From positions 38 through 64,037 of the forward strand of contig VGBL01000006.1 of the NCBI GenBank assembly GCA_016870515.1: 64,000 nucleotides of DNA, written 5' to 3'. Shown in pieces: positions 10,674 through 19,486 of the stretch. The notes below the pieces were generated by a model, which saw only the letters and a program-made list of their open reading frames with translations, was not told the origin of the DNA and made no database searches. Numbering within the stretch: position 1 is the first letter of the stretch; every line of letters begins with the position of its first letter. A program made the translations under genes and the position numbers. The stretch comes from Actinomycetota bacterium (GTDB lineage Bacteria; Actinomycetota; Actinomycetes; S36-B12).

Positions 10674-11260
10674 TCGTCCCCTACCTCCGGGTCTGCGTTG
10701 AATCGATTCTGAGCGGTGGCGACGCCTTCGGCGATCACGCATTCGATCGCGTCGGCGCACCGGTCGAGCAGAAGCGGGAGTTCTTGCCGCTCCGCGGCGG
10801 TGAATGGATGCAGCACGAAGTCTGCAGGGTCCTGGCGACCCGGCGGCCGGCCGATCCCGATGCGAAGGCGCACGGTTTCTCCGGTGCCCAGCGAGCGCCG
10901 GACGCTCTTGAGCCCGTTGTGCCCGTTGTCGCCACCGCCCTGCTTGATGCGCAGCGCCGCGAAGGGGATGTCGAGTTCGTCGTGGGCAAGCAGAACGTGG
11001 TGCGCCTCGACACCGAAGTGGTCGGCCAGCACCGCCACGGGGCCACCTGAGTCATTCATATAGGCGCGACCTCGGGCAAGGACTACCCTGCGGCCGGCCC
11101 AGCGGGATTCGAAAACTTCGCAGCTCGTGTACTTGTGGGCCGTCAGGCGGCCACTCCATCGGCTGGCCAGGGTCTGGACCGCCATCACTCCCACGTTGTG
11201 ACGGGTGAGGGCGTATGGCGGACCCGGATTGCCGAGGCCCACCACGAGCCACGGATCCAT
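10670..11260 (-). CDS. pth: Peptidyl-tRNA hydrolase
   Basis: 196 aa. WLVVGLGNPGPPYALTRHNVG and GGGDNGHNGLKS are present. Confidence 0.95.
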   Translation of the reverse strand: MDPWLVVGLGNPGPPYALTRHNVGVMAVQTLASRWSGRLTAHKYTSCEVFESRWAGRRVVLARGRAYMNDSGGPVAVLADHFGVEAHHVLLAHDELDIPFAALRIKQGGGDNGHNGLKSVRRSLGTGETVRLRIGIGRPPGRQDPADFVLHPFTAAERQELPLLLDRCADAIECVIAEGVATAQNRFNADPEVGDE

Positions 11261-11266
11261 GGCGGA

Positions 11267-11746
11267 TCAGGCGTCGTCGGCCGACGCGTCGGAGTCGTCG
11301 TCCGATGCGGCTTTGGACTCATCGCTGGACGTCGCAGTCGCATGTGGCTCGGCCGGGTCGTCCTTGGGACCGGAGAAGGCCGGTGCAGAGGCTGCAGCCT
11401 CTGCTGCGGCAGCCGCCTCCGCGACCAGCACCTCGGCCTCGGCAGCGCGCTCCCGCGCCTCTGCCGCGGAGACAATGACGAGGTCGATGTGCTCAAGGGT
11501 GCGCTTGACCGGGTCGCGCTGGATGTCGCGCGGCTTGGCGAGGGTGCTCGACGAGCCCTGGATGATCTCGAGGGTGACCTTGGGCTTGCGCAGTGCCTGC
11601 TCGAGGTCATGCCCCGGAAGAGACATATGCACGAGCGTGGCGCCCTCGCCGTAGAGAACAGCGGGGATGCGACCGTCTCTGCGGAGCCGACGCGCGGCGC
11701 CCTTGCCGAAGTCAGAGCGCGGCTGCGCCTGAAGGCGCACGTTCAT
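11267..11746 (-). CDS. rplY: 50S ribosomal protein L25 / general stress protein Ctc
   Basis: ATG 11746 is preceded by GAGGAGGAATC. MNVRLQAQPRSDFGKGAARRLRRDGRIPAVLYGEG is followed by an acidic Ala/Asp-rich tail. The longer ORF start (11848) lacks support. Confidence 0.9.
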   Translation of the reverse strand: MNVRLQAQPRSDFGKGAARRLRRDGRIPAVLYGEGATLVHMSLPGHDLEQALRKPKVTLEIIQGSSSTLAKPRDIQRDPVKRTLEHIDLVIVSAAEARERAAEAEVLVAEAAAAAEAAASAPAFSGPKDDPAEPHATATSSDESKAASDDDSDASADDA

Positions 11747-11819
11747 GATTCCTCCTCGGGTGCCGTCCGGTCGCGCTCCGCAGCGAGGCCCGACCGGGGC
11801 AGCCACGTCAATCACGGTG

Positions 11820-11843
11820 CGGGACCGCCACTGGTGCGGCCCG
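11820..11843 (-). terminator. GC-rich hairpin between prs and rplY (possible terminator or processing structure)
   Basis: cgggaccgc-cactggt-gcggcccg forms 8 bp with a one-base bulge. There is no U-tract. Confidence 0.25.
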
Positions 11844-11882
11844 GTCACCCTCGCCGAGGAGCGACCAGAGCCTACCCGATGG

Positions 11883-12881
11883 TTAGGGGGTCACCGACAC
11901 CTGCTCCTCCACCTCGAACATGCTCGTCACCGATCCGTCGGTGAAGACCTCGTAGATGGCCTTGGCCAGCAACGGCGCGATCGACAGCACGGTGAGATTG
12001 TCGAAGCGGCGCTCCGGAGGGATGGGCAGGGTGTTGGTGACGACGACCTCGCTGATCTGCGAGGCAGCGAGGCGCTCAGCAGCAGGCGGGCTGAGGATGC
12101 CGTGGGTTGCGACGACGATCACATCGGCCGCTCCGTTGTCGAGGAGGGTGTCGGCGGCTTTCACAATGGTGCCACCGGTGTCGATCATGTCGTCGACGAC
12201 GATGCAGATACGGTCCTGCACATCGCCGACCACCTCGAAGACCCTGACCTCGTTGGGTGTGTCGGGGTCACGCCGCTTGTGAATGATGGCGAGCGGGGCG
12301 CCCAGAATGTCTGTCCACTTCTCGGCCACGCGCACGCGCCCGGCGTCGGGCGAGACGACGGTGATGCGCTCGCGGTCGACCCGCGACGCCACGTGCTGGG
12401 CCAGGAGGGGAAGAGCGAACAGGTGATCGACAGGACCGTCGAAGAAGCCCTGGATCTGCGACGTGTGCAGGTCGACGGTGATGAGTCGGTCTGCCCCCGC
12501 AGCCTTGAACAGGTCGGCCATCAATCGCGCCGAGACGGGCTCACGGCCGCGGTGCTTCTTGTCCTGTCGGGAGTAGCCATAGAAGGGAGCGATGACCGTG
12601 ATGCGCTTGGCCGACGCTCGCTTGAGCGCGTCGACCATGATGAGCTGCTCCATGATCCAGGTGTTGATGGGCGTCGTGTGGCTCTGGATGATGAAGGCGT
12701 CGCAGCCTCGCACCGACTCCTGGAACCTGACGAAGATCTCGCCGTTGGCGAAGTCATATGCCGACACCGGACACAGGTCAGTGCCCAGGTGGTCGGCGAC
12801 CTCCATGCTCAGCTCAGGATGCGCGCGCCCGCTCAACAGCACGAGTCGCTTGTTGGGCGGGACCGTGAGGTGAGTGCTCAC
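11883..12881 (-). CDS. prs: Ribose-phosphate pyrophosphokinase
   Basis: C-terminal 332 aa of ORF 11883..13415. GTG 12881 overlaps the glmU stop (GTGA). [24 protein letters not shown] and [10 protein letters not shown] are present. Confidence 0.95.
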   Translation of the reverse strand: MSTHLTVPPNKRLVLLSGRAHPELSMEVADHLGTDLCPVSAYDFANGEIFVRFQESVRGCDAFIIQSHTTPINTWIMEQLIMVDALKRASAKRITVIAPFYGYSRQDKKHRGREPVSARLMADLFKAAGADRLITVDLHTSQIQGFFDGPVDHLFALPLLAQHVASRVDRERITVVSPDAGRVRVAEKWTDILGAPLAIIHKRRDPDTPNEVRVFEVVGDVQDRICIVVDDMIDTGGTIVKAADTLLDNGAADVIVVATHGILSPPAAERLAASQISEVVVTNTLPIPPERRFDNLTVLSIAPLLAKAIYEVFTDGSVTSMFEVEEQVSVTP

Positions 12882-14353
12882 CGAGTCTCCTCTTCGCCGG
12901 GTGGTGGTGATTGTGCCAAGGCCTCGGCGGCAGCCTCGGCCGAACTCGAACCGGCGCGTCGCCGCGCCACCCAGCCGGGGATCGTGCGCTGCTGCGCTCG
13001 GCCCACGGCCATTGCCCCCGGGGGGACATCCTCGGTGATGACGGACCCCGCGGCGGTGTAGGCGCCATCCCCCACGGTCAAGGGGGCCACCAGCATCGTG
13101 TCGCTGCCGATGCGGACGTAGCGGCCCACGACCGTGGCGTGCTTGTCTACCCCGTCGTAGTTCACGAAGACGGTGGCAGCGCCGATATTGGTGCCCTCGC
13201 CGATCTCGGCGTCTCCGACATAGGACAGGTGCGGGACCTTCGCACCTTCGCCGAGGGAGGAGTTCTTCATCTCGACGTAGGCGCCCACCTTGGCTCCGGT
13301 CCCGACGCGGGTGCCGGGCCGGAGGTAGGAAAAGGGACCTATCTCCGCCCCCCGACCGATCACGGCAAGCTCCGCCCACGTGTGGCGTACCTGCGCATCG
13401 GCCCCCACCTCGCACGCGGTCAGGCTCGTGCCCGGTCCGATGCTGGCCCCCGATGCCACCGACGTGGGGCCCAGGAGCGAAGTCTGGGGTAGCAGCGTCA
13501 CGTCAGCGGCGAGGTCGACATCGATGTCGATCCACGTCGACGATGGCTCGAGCATCGACACACCCTCGAGCATCCATCGACGATTGATTCGGTCGCGCAT
13601 GAGCGCTGCGGCCTCCGAGAGCTGCACGCGGTCGTTGACGCCGAGGATCTCGTCGGAGTCCGGCACCCGGAGGGCAGCGACGGGCCGGCCCCCCTCGCGC
13701 ATGAGACCGATGACATCGGTGAGGTACTCCTCGCCCTGGTCATTGGCCGTCGTGAGGCGCCCGAGGGCTGGCAGCAGGTCGGCCGCGTCGAAGGCGTACG
13801 TGCCCGTATTGACCTCGTCGATCTGCAGGGTCTGCGCGTCGGCGTCACGGTGCTCCACGATCCGGTCGACCCAGCCCTGCGGGTCGCGCACCACCCGTCC
13901 GTAGCCGGCCGGGTCGGACACCTCCGCGGTCAGCACAGTCGCCGCTGCCCCGTCGACGACGTGCCGGGAGAGCAGGTCGGCGACCGTAGAACCGGTGAGC
14001 AAAGGGGTGTCACCGCTGAGCACGATGATGGGTCCGTCACTGAGCGCGCCGGCACTCGCCAGTGCCTCCACCGCCAGTCGCACCGCATGCCCGGTGCCGA
14101 GTTGCTCAGACTGCACGACGGTGTCGACCCAGGGCGCAATCTCTTCGAGATGCGCAATGACCTCATCACGACCGTGGCCGACTACCACCATGAGATGCGC
14201 TGGCTCGATCGCCGAGGCTGCCTCGATCACGTGGCCCACTAGGCTTCGCCCGGCGACACGGTGCAGGACCTTCGGAGTCGCCGATCTCATACGCTTGCCT
14301 TCGCCCGCCGCGAGGACGATGACGACGGGGGCTGCCGATGTCACCGCGAACAC
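12878..14353 (-). CDS. glmU: Bifunctional UDP-N-acetylglucosamine diphosphorylase / glucosamine-1-phosphate N-acetyltransferase
   Basis: 491 aa. [14 protein letters not shown] is followed by C-terminal hexapeptide repeats. An alternative GTG at 14344 has better SD spacing. Confidence 0.95.
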   Translation of the reverse strand: MFAVTSAAPVVIVLAAGEGKRMRSATPKVLHRVAGRSLVGHVIEAASAIEPAHLMVVVGHGRDEVIAHLEEIAPWVDTVVQSEQLGTGHAVRLAVEALASAGALSDGPIIVLSGDTPLLTGSTVADLLSRHVVDGAAATVLTAEVSDPAGYGRVVRDPQGWVDRIVEHRDADAQTLQIDEVNTGTYAFDAADLLPALGRLTTANDQGEEYLTDVIGLMREGGRPVAALRVPDSDEILGVNDRVQLSEAAALMRDRINRRWMLEGVSMLEPSSTWIDIDVDLAADVTLLPQTSLLGPTSVASGASIGPGTSLTACEVGADAQVRHTWAELAVIGRGAEIGPFSYLRPGTRVGTGAKVGAYVEMKNSSLGEGAKVPHLSYVGDAEIGEGTNIGAATVFVNYDGVDKHATVVGRYVRIGSDTMLVAPLTVGDGAYTAAGSVITEDVPPGAMAVGRAQQRTIPGWVARRRAGSSSAEAAAEALAQSPPPGEEETR

Positions 14354-14421
14354 ACCTCCGGGGGGAGGGGCCGTCCTGGAAGGCCGGCCGTCGCCAAAAC
14401 ACTATCGCCGCAGGTGCCGCG

Positions 14422-14492
14422 CTCCCGGCGGAGGAGTCGAACCCCCATTCAGAGATCCAAAGTCTCTTGTCCTGCCATTGGACGAGCCGGGA
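14422..14492 (-). tRNA. tRNA-Gln (anticodon TTG)
   Basis: Folded by hand: acceptor TCCCGGC/GCCGGGA with U1:A72 and discriminator G, anticodon loop CTTTGGA, T-loop TTCGACT. No CCA is encoded. Confidence 0.9.
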
Positions 14493-14596
14493 CCGTCGCC
14501 GCGCGAAGAGGCCATCGGGCAGCTCCGCGGGCCACCGGGGAAGTCTCCCAGCACGCTCGCCCACGGGTTTCAGTGAGGGGCTGGACTGGCTACGAC

Positions 14597-14621
14597 TGCG
14601 TAGGTTACGGTTGCGTAGGTT
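14597..14621 (+). promoter_or_regulatory. Tandem 10-nt direct repeat TGCGTAGGTT (x2, 5-nt spacer) upstream of the desaturase gene; candidate operator or promoter
   Basis: TGCGTAGGTT occurs at 14597-14606 and 14612-14621. Each copy contains a TANNNT-type hexamer (TAGGTT). The desaturase SD AGGAG is at 14638. Confidence 0.35.
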
Positions 14622-14648
14622 TTGCTTCGCCCACGGCAGGAGACCTTC

Positions 14649-15689
14649 GTGACCCTCGCTCCCCCCGAGCGCACCGGCGGCGCGGCCCGGCGGGACGGCC
14701 ACGCCGTCCTCGTCGGGCCCATCCCGCGGCTCGCCACTGAGCCCATGGCCCCCGGCATGCGCACCACCATCGCCGTCTTCGTCGCCGTCCCTCTAGCAGC
14801 GGTGGTCCTCGCCATTCCGGTGGCCTGGGGCGGCTGGCTGGGCTGGACCGACGTCATCCTCGCCACCGTCTTCTACCTCATCGCGGCGGGCGGCATCACC
14901 GTCGGCTTCCACCGCCACTTCACGCACGGCTCCTTCAAGGCACCGCAGTGGGTATCGGTCGCGCTGGCCATCGCGGGCTCGACCGCGGTGCAGGGATCGC
15001 TCGATCAGTGGGTTGCCGACCATCGACGCCACCATGCGCGCAGCGACGAGGAGGGGGATCCGCACAGTCCCTGGCGTTACGGCACGTCAAGGCGCGCCGT
15101 CGCCAAGGGTCTCGTGTTCGCGCACGTCGGCTGGCTTTTCGACGGACAGCAGAGTTCGATCGAGCGCTACGCACCCGACATTCGCGCCAACGCGGCTCTG
15201 CGCCCGGTGTCACGCCACTTCCCCTGGATAGTCGTGGCCACCATCGCGATTCCCGCGATCCTCGGCGGTCTCATCACCTGGTCGTGGGTGGGCGCGCTCA
15301 CCGCGCTCTTCTGGGCGGGAATCGTGCGAATCGCGCTCGTACACCACATCACCTGGTCGATCAACTCGATCTGCCACGTCTTCGGCCAGCGCCCATTCGC
15401 GACCCGCGACAGGTCGACCAACAATCGCTGGCTCGCGCTCCCCTCCCTCGGGGAGTCCTGGCACAACCTGCACCACGCCGAGCCCACCGCTGCCCGGCAC
15501 GGCGTTCTGAAGGGGCAGCTCGATCTTTGCGCTGCCACCATCCGGGTGATGGAGCGACTGGGGATGGCGCGCGACGTCCGGTGGCCTAGTCCGGCACGCC
15601 TGGCCGCAAAGCTCCACGACCCGGCCATGCGCCGGCGGATACGCGGCTGGAGCGAGCCCGACAACGCGGCCCTGGATACCTCAGGCTAG
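14649..15689 (+). CDS. Membrane acyl-CoA (stearoyl-CoA delta-9 type) fatty acid desaturase
   Basis: Three histidine boxes are present: HRHFTH, HRRHHARSD and HNLHH. GTG 14649 is preceded by AGGAGA, while the longer ORF start 14622 lacks an SD. Confidence 0.85.
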   Translation: MTLAPPERTGGAARRDGHAVLVGPIPRLATEPMAPGMRTTIAVFVAVPLAAVVLAIPVAWGGWLGWTDVILATVFYLIAAGGITVGFHRHFTHGSFKAPQWVSVALAIAGSTAVQGSLDQWVADHRRHHARSDEEGDPHSPWRYGTSRRAVAKGLVFAHVGWLFDGQQSSIERYAPDIRANAALRPVSRHFPWIVVATIAIPAILGGLITWSWVGALTALFWAGIVRIALVHHITWSINSICHVFGQRPFATRDRSTNNRWLALPSLGESWHNLHHAEPTAARHGVLKGQLDLCAATIRVMERLGMARDVRWPSPARLAAKLHDPAMRRRIRGWSEPDNAALDTSG

Positions 15690-15695
15690 CCAGCC

Positions 15696-16292
15696 ATGCG
15701 CATGTCGGGGCGCGAGCGCCGAGAACAACTCATCGACATCGGTCGCGCTCTCTTCGCGGAGAAGGGCTTCGAGGTCGTCAGCGTCGAGGAGATCGCCGCC
15801 AAGGCGGAGGTCTCCAAGCCTGTGGTCTACGAGCACTTCGGCGGTAAGGAAGGGCTCTACGCCGTGGTCGTCGACCGCGAGATGAATCACCTGCTTGCCT
15901 TGATCAGCGGAGCCCTGCGCGGGACCCATCCCCGGCAACTCCTCGAGCAGGCGGGTCTGGCGCTCTTGGACTACATCGACGCCAATCCGGATGGCTTCCG
16001 GATCCTCGTCCGGGATTCACCCGTCTCGCAGCAGACAGGGTCCTTTGCCAGCTTGCTCGCGGATGTTGCCGGTCAGGTCGAATACCTGCTGGCCGAGCAG
16101 TTCGCGGCACACCGCATCCCGACGCGCCTGGCCCCCATGTACTCGCAGATGCTGGTCGGCATGACGGCGCAGGCCGGGCAGTGGTGGCTCGACGTGCGCA
16201 AGCCGCGAAAGGCAGAGGTGGTGGCCCACCTGGTCAACCTCGCGTGGAACGGCCTGGCTCACCTCGACCCTCAGCCGCGGCCGCCGCGCTGA
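15696..16292 (+). CDS. TetR/AcrR family transcriptional regulator
   Basis: 198 aa with the N-terminal HTH FAEKGFEVVSVEEIAAKAEVSKPVVYEHFGGKEGLY. It starts 6 nt after the desaturase stop. Confidence 0.9.
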   Translation: MRMSGRERREQLIDIGRALFAEKGFEVVSVEEIAAKAEVSKPVVYEHFGGKEGLYAVVVDREMNHLLALISGALRGTHPRQLLEQAGLALLDYIDANPDGFRILVRDSPVSQQTGSFASLLADVAGQVEYLLAEQFAAHRIPTRLAPMYSQMLVGMTAQAGQWWLDVRKPRKAEVVAHLVNLAWNGLAHLDPQPRPPR

Positions 16293-16301
16293 GCCCACCT
16301 G

Positions 16302-16342
16302 TCGATGACGAGATTCTCGTCGACCAGGAATCTTGTCATCGA
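16302..16342. promoter_or_regulatory. Nested palindromes upstream of MarR gene (candidate MarR operator)
   Basis: GACGAGA-T-TCTCGTC lies at 16307-16321, nested inside TCGATGAC (16302-16309) ... GTCATCGA (16335-16342). Confidence 0.35.
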
Positions 16343-16351
16343 GAGATCACC

Positions 16352-16357
16352 TAGGCT
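16352..16357 (+). promoter_or_regulatory. -10-like hexamer TAGGCT placed 6 nt before the MarR ATG (leaderless-type architecture)
   Basis: TAGGCT-ggccca-ATG(16364) with no SD. Confidence 0.3.
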
Positions 16358-16363
16358 GGCCCA

Positions 16364-16879
16364 ATGAGCGCGGACTCCGTCGACGGGATCGTGCGCGCCT
16401 GGCGGCGTGAGAGGCCCGACCTCGACGTCGCTCCACTCGAGGTCCTGTCGCGCGTGACTCGTCTAGCCCGGCACCTCGACCTCGCGCGCCGGGAGGCGTT
16501 TGCGCGGCACGGACTAGAGACCGGTGAATTCGACGTCCTCGCGGCGTTGCGCCGCAGTGGGGCTCCCTACGAATTATCCCCGGGCCGACTCGGCACCGCC
16601 ACCCTCGTGTCGAGCGGCACGACCACGAATCGCCTGGATCGACTCGAGTCAGCCGGCCTCATCGAGCGACTGCCCGACCCTGCCGACCGTCGCAGCATCC
16701 GCGTGCGCCTCACGCCCGCCGGACGCCAACGCGTCGACGCTGCCCTCACCGACCTCCTCGAGAGCGAGCGCCACCTGCTCGCCGCCCTCCCGCGTAGCGA
16801 CCAGCTTCGCCTGGCAAAGCTGTTGAAGAGCCTGGTCCTTCCGTTCGACATCGACGAGGCGACCGTCATTACGCGATGA
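16364..16879 (+). CDS. MarR family transcriptional regulator
   Basis: 171 aa with a winged-helix core (EFDVLAALRRSGAPYELSPGRLGTATLVSSGTTTNRLDRLESAGLIERLPDPADRR). Confidence 0.9.
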   Translation: MSADSVDGIVRAWRRERPDLDVAPLEVLSRVTRLARHLDLARREAFARHGLETGEFDVLAALRRSGAPYELSPGRLGTATLVSSGTTTNRLDRLESAGLIERLPDPADRRSIRVRLTPAGRQRVDAALTDLLESERHLLAALPRSDQLRLAKLLKSLVLPFDIDEATVITR

Positions 16880-17780
16880 CACGGGCCCCGTCGACGGGCC
16901 CGGCCGCATGTCGCACCAGGCGCACCAGCCCGGTGGTCGTCAGTCCCACCGCGATGTCCAGGGCGTGATCGCGGTCGCGGGCGAGGAAGGCACACGTGGG
17001 GCCGCTGCCCGACACGATGCCGCCGAGAGCCCCCAGCTCGATTCCGGCATCCAGGACCCGAGCGAGCGTGGGGCGAAGCGACAGGGCCGCCGACTGCAGG
17101 TCGTTGTGCAGGCGTCGTGCCAGGGCCTTGGCGTCACCCGCGCGCAGGGCCCGCAGGAGGGCGTCGTCTCCGCTCGGCGGCGGCACGTCGGCCCCTGCTC
17201 GCAGACGGTCGAGTTCGGCGTAGACGCCAGGGGTCGACAGGCCGTTATCGCTGACGGCAATCACCCAGTTGAAGCCCCCCTGCGCGAGGACGGGGGTGAG
17301 GATCTCGCCCCTCCCCGTGCCGATCATGGTGCCCCCGTCGAGAAGGAAGGGGACGTCGGATCCCAGCGCGGCGGCGATGCCCGCGAGATCGTCGGCACGC
17401 AGGGTCCCCGGCCACAGGGCAGCACAGCCGACGAGCGCTGCCGCGGCGTCTGCGCTGCCGCCGGCCATGCCGCCCGCGACGGGGATGCACTTGGTGATCG
17501 TGATGGCGAGGTCGGTAGGCTGGCGCGCTCGATGGGCGGCCTCGCGGACAGCCCTGACCGCGATGTTGTCGTCATCCACGGGAACGGCGGACGCGTCTTC
17601 ACCAGCCACCTGAGCCGAGACTCCTGAGCCAGCACCGACCCGGGTGATGGATATCTCGTCGTAAAGACCGACAGCGTGGAAGACCGTCACGAGATCGTGG
17701 TAGCCGTCGGCCCGAAGCGGCCCGACAGACAACCGAAGGTTGATCTTGGCGGGCACACGCACCCGAACGCTGTCGATCAC
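16869..17780 (-). CDS. ispE: 4-diphosphocytidyl-2-C-methyl-D-erythritol kinase
   Basis: 303 aa. PAKINLRLSVGPLRADGYHDL and the GHMP motif IPVAGGMAGGSADAAA are present. Confidence 0.93.
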   Translation of the reverse strand: MIDSVRVRVPAKINLRLSVGPLRADGYHDLVTVFHAVGLYDEISITRVGAGSGVSAQVAGEDASAVPVDDDNIAVRAVREAAHRARQPTDLAITITKCIPVAGGMAGGSADAAAALVGCAALWPGTLRADDLAGIAAALGSDVPFLLDGGTMIGTGRGEILTPVLAQGGFNWVIAVSDNGLSTPGVYAELDRLRAGADVPPPSGDDALLRALRAGDAKALARRLHNDLQSAALSLRPTLARVLDAGIELGALGGIVSGSGPTCAFLARDRDHALDIAVGLTTTGLVRLVRHAAGPVDGARVIA

Positions 17781-17789
17781 GGCATGACC

Positions 17790-18635
17790 CTAGACGGGTC
17801 GCGCGCTCGTAATGCGGGCGAAGGCCTCGACACCGAGCGCCTCGCCCCGGGCCGAGGGGTCGACGCCGGCCAGCAGCAGCGCGCGCTCGGCCTGCGCCGC
17901 CGACCCTGCCCAGCCCGCGAGTGCAGCGCGCAAGGTCTTGCGGCGCTGGGCGAACGCCGCATCGACGCAGGCGAAGACCTCCTCCCGCGACGCGACCGAG
18001 GAGGGTGCGGCGCGACGGCGGAACGCGACGAGGCCTGAATCGACGTGGGGCATCGGCCAGAACACGCTGGGCGGTACCGATCCCACGCGCTGGGCATCGG
18101 CGTACCACGCGAGCTTGACTGACGGCACGCCGTAGATCCGGCTCCCGGGCGCAGCCACCAGCCGATCAGCGACCTCCGACTGGACCATGACGAGGCCGCG
18201 ATCAAGGGTCGTGAACGTCTCGAGGAGATGCAGGACGATGGGCACGGCGACGTTGTAGGGCAGGTTGGCCACAAGCGCGGTCGGTGCGACGGCCAGCGCC
18301 AAGATGCGCATGGCGTCGTCGCAGATCACCGTGAGCCTCGATGCGTCGTCGGGGCGGAACTCCGCGACCGTGGACGGTAAGGCATCGGCGAGCACGGGAT
18401 CGATCTCCACCGCGATTACCTCGGCTCCCGTCGCGAGGAGCCCAAGCGTCAGGCTGCCCAATCCCGGTCCCACCTCCAGGACACTGTCGCTAGGGCCGAC
18501 ATCGGCGAGCCTCACGATGCGCCGGACGGTGTTGGCATCGATGACGAAGTTCTGGCCACGCTGCTTGACCGGGCGGATCCCACGGCCTTCGGCGATGGCC
18601 CTGATGTCTGCCGGTCCGAGGAGCCCGTCTGACAT
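17790..18635 (-). CDS. rsmA: 16S rRNA (adenine1518/1519-N6)-dimethyltransferase RsmA/KsgA
   Basis: [18 protein letters not shown] and [12 protein letters not shown] are present. I chose ATG 18635, but the upstream start at 18689 cannot be excluded. Confidence 0.9.
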   Translation of the reverse strand: MSDGLLGPADIRAIAEGRGIRPVKQRGQNFVIDANTVRRIVRLADVGPSDSVLEVGPGLGSLTLGLLATGAEVIAVEIDPVLADALPSTVAEFRPDDASRLTVICDDAMRILALAVAPTALVANLPYNVAVPIVLHLLETFTTLDRGLVMVQSEVADRLVAAPGSRIYGVPSVKLAWYADAQRVGSVPPSVFWPMPHVDSGLVAFRRRAAPSSVASREEVFACVDAAFAQRRKTLRAALAGWAGSAAQAERALLLAGVDPSARGEALGVEAFARITSARPV

Positions 18636-18640
18636 GACGT

Positions 18641-19486
18641 CTACAGCGGCCCGAAGGCGCGCTGGGCGTTGCCCCACAGGTCGTCGCACAGTTGCTCGAC
18701 CGATTCGTCACGCAGCTCGGCCATGGCCCGCACCGTGAAGGGGATCAGGTAGGAGGCGTTGACGGCGCCACGATGCGGGACAGGCGTCAGATAGGGCGCG
18801 TCCGTCTCGACGAGGATGGCCTCGCGAGGAAGCACGCGCAGAGCCTCGCGCAGCCCGTCGGCGTTCTTATAGGTGACGACTCCCGCGAATGAGCACCACC
18901 ACCCGCGATCGGAGCAGAAGCGAGCCATCGCGGCATCCCCGGAGAAGCAGTGGAACACGACCCGACTGGGTGCGCCTTCCTCGTCGAGGATGGACAGGAT
19001 GTCATCGTGGGCATCGCGATCGTGGATGACGAGCGTGCGATCCAGACGCTTGGCCATATCGATGTGCCGGCGAAAGGACTCGTGCTGAAGAGCCTGCGCA
19101 TCGACATCACGGGTGCGGTAGTAGTCCAACCCCGTCTCACCCACGGCACGCACGGACTCCCTGGCAGCCAGGGTCTCGATGGCGGCGTAGGCGGCATCGA
19201 GACCGGCACGTCCCTCGCGCTGGGCGATGCGCGGCACTTCATTGGGGTGCAGGGCCACGGTGGCGGCGACGTCGTCGCGAGCGCCGGCAAAGTCGGCGGC
19301 CCAGGTGGACGACGCGACGTCGCAGCCCACCTGGACCACCCGCGTGATGCCCGCCTCTCGGGCGAGTGCGAGGGCGTCATCGGGCAGGGGACCATCGCCA
19401 AGTTGCCGGTCGACGACGTCTAGGTGGCAGTGCGTGTCGACGACGGGCCGCGGCAGCGGAGCGGTGACAGGCGGGCGCTCCCTCAC
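18641..19486 (-). CDS. tatD: TatD family metal-dependent hydrolase (DNase)
   Basis: The [10 protein letters not shown] motif is present. GTG 19486 overlaps the metG stop (GTGA). The upstream 90 aa of ORF 18641..19756 lie inside metG. Confidence 0.88.
   Translation of the reverse strand: MRERPPVTAPLPRPVVDTHCHLDVVDRQLGDGPLPDDALALAREAGITRVVQVGCDVASSTWAADFAGARDDVAATVALHPNEVPRIAQREGRAGLDAAYAAIETLAARESVRAVGETGLDYYRTRDVDAQALQHESFRRHIDMAKRLDRTLVIHDRDAHDDILSILDEEGAPSRVVFHCFSGDAAMARFCSDRGWWCSFAGVVTYKNADGLREALRVLPREAILVETDAPYLTPVPHRGAVNASYLIPFTVRAMAELRDESVEQLCDDLWGNAQRAFGPL

Noticed and set aside
12882-13415. N-terminal 178 aa of ORF 11883..13415
   Set aside because: This part is out of frame over glmU. 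The Prs sequence begins at GTG 12881, which overlaps the glmU stop.
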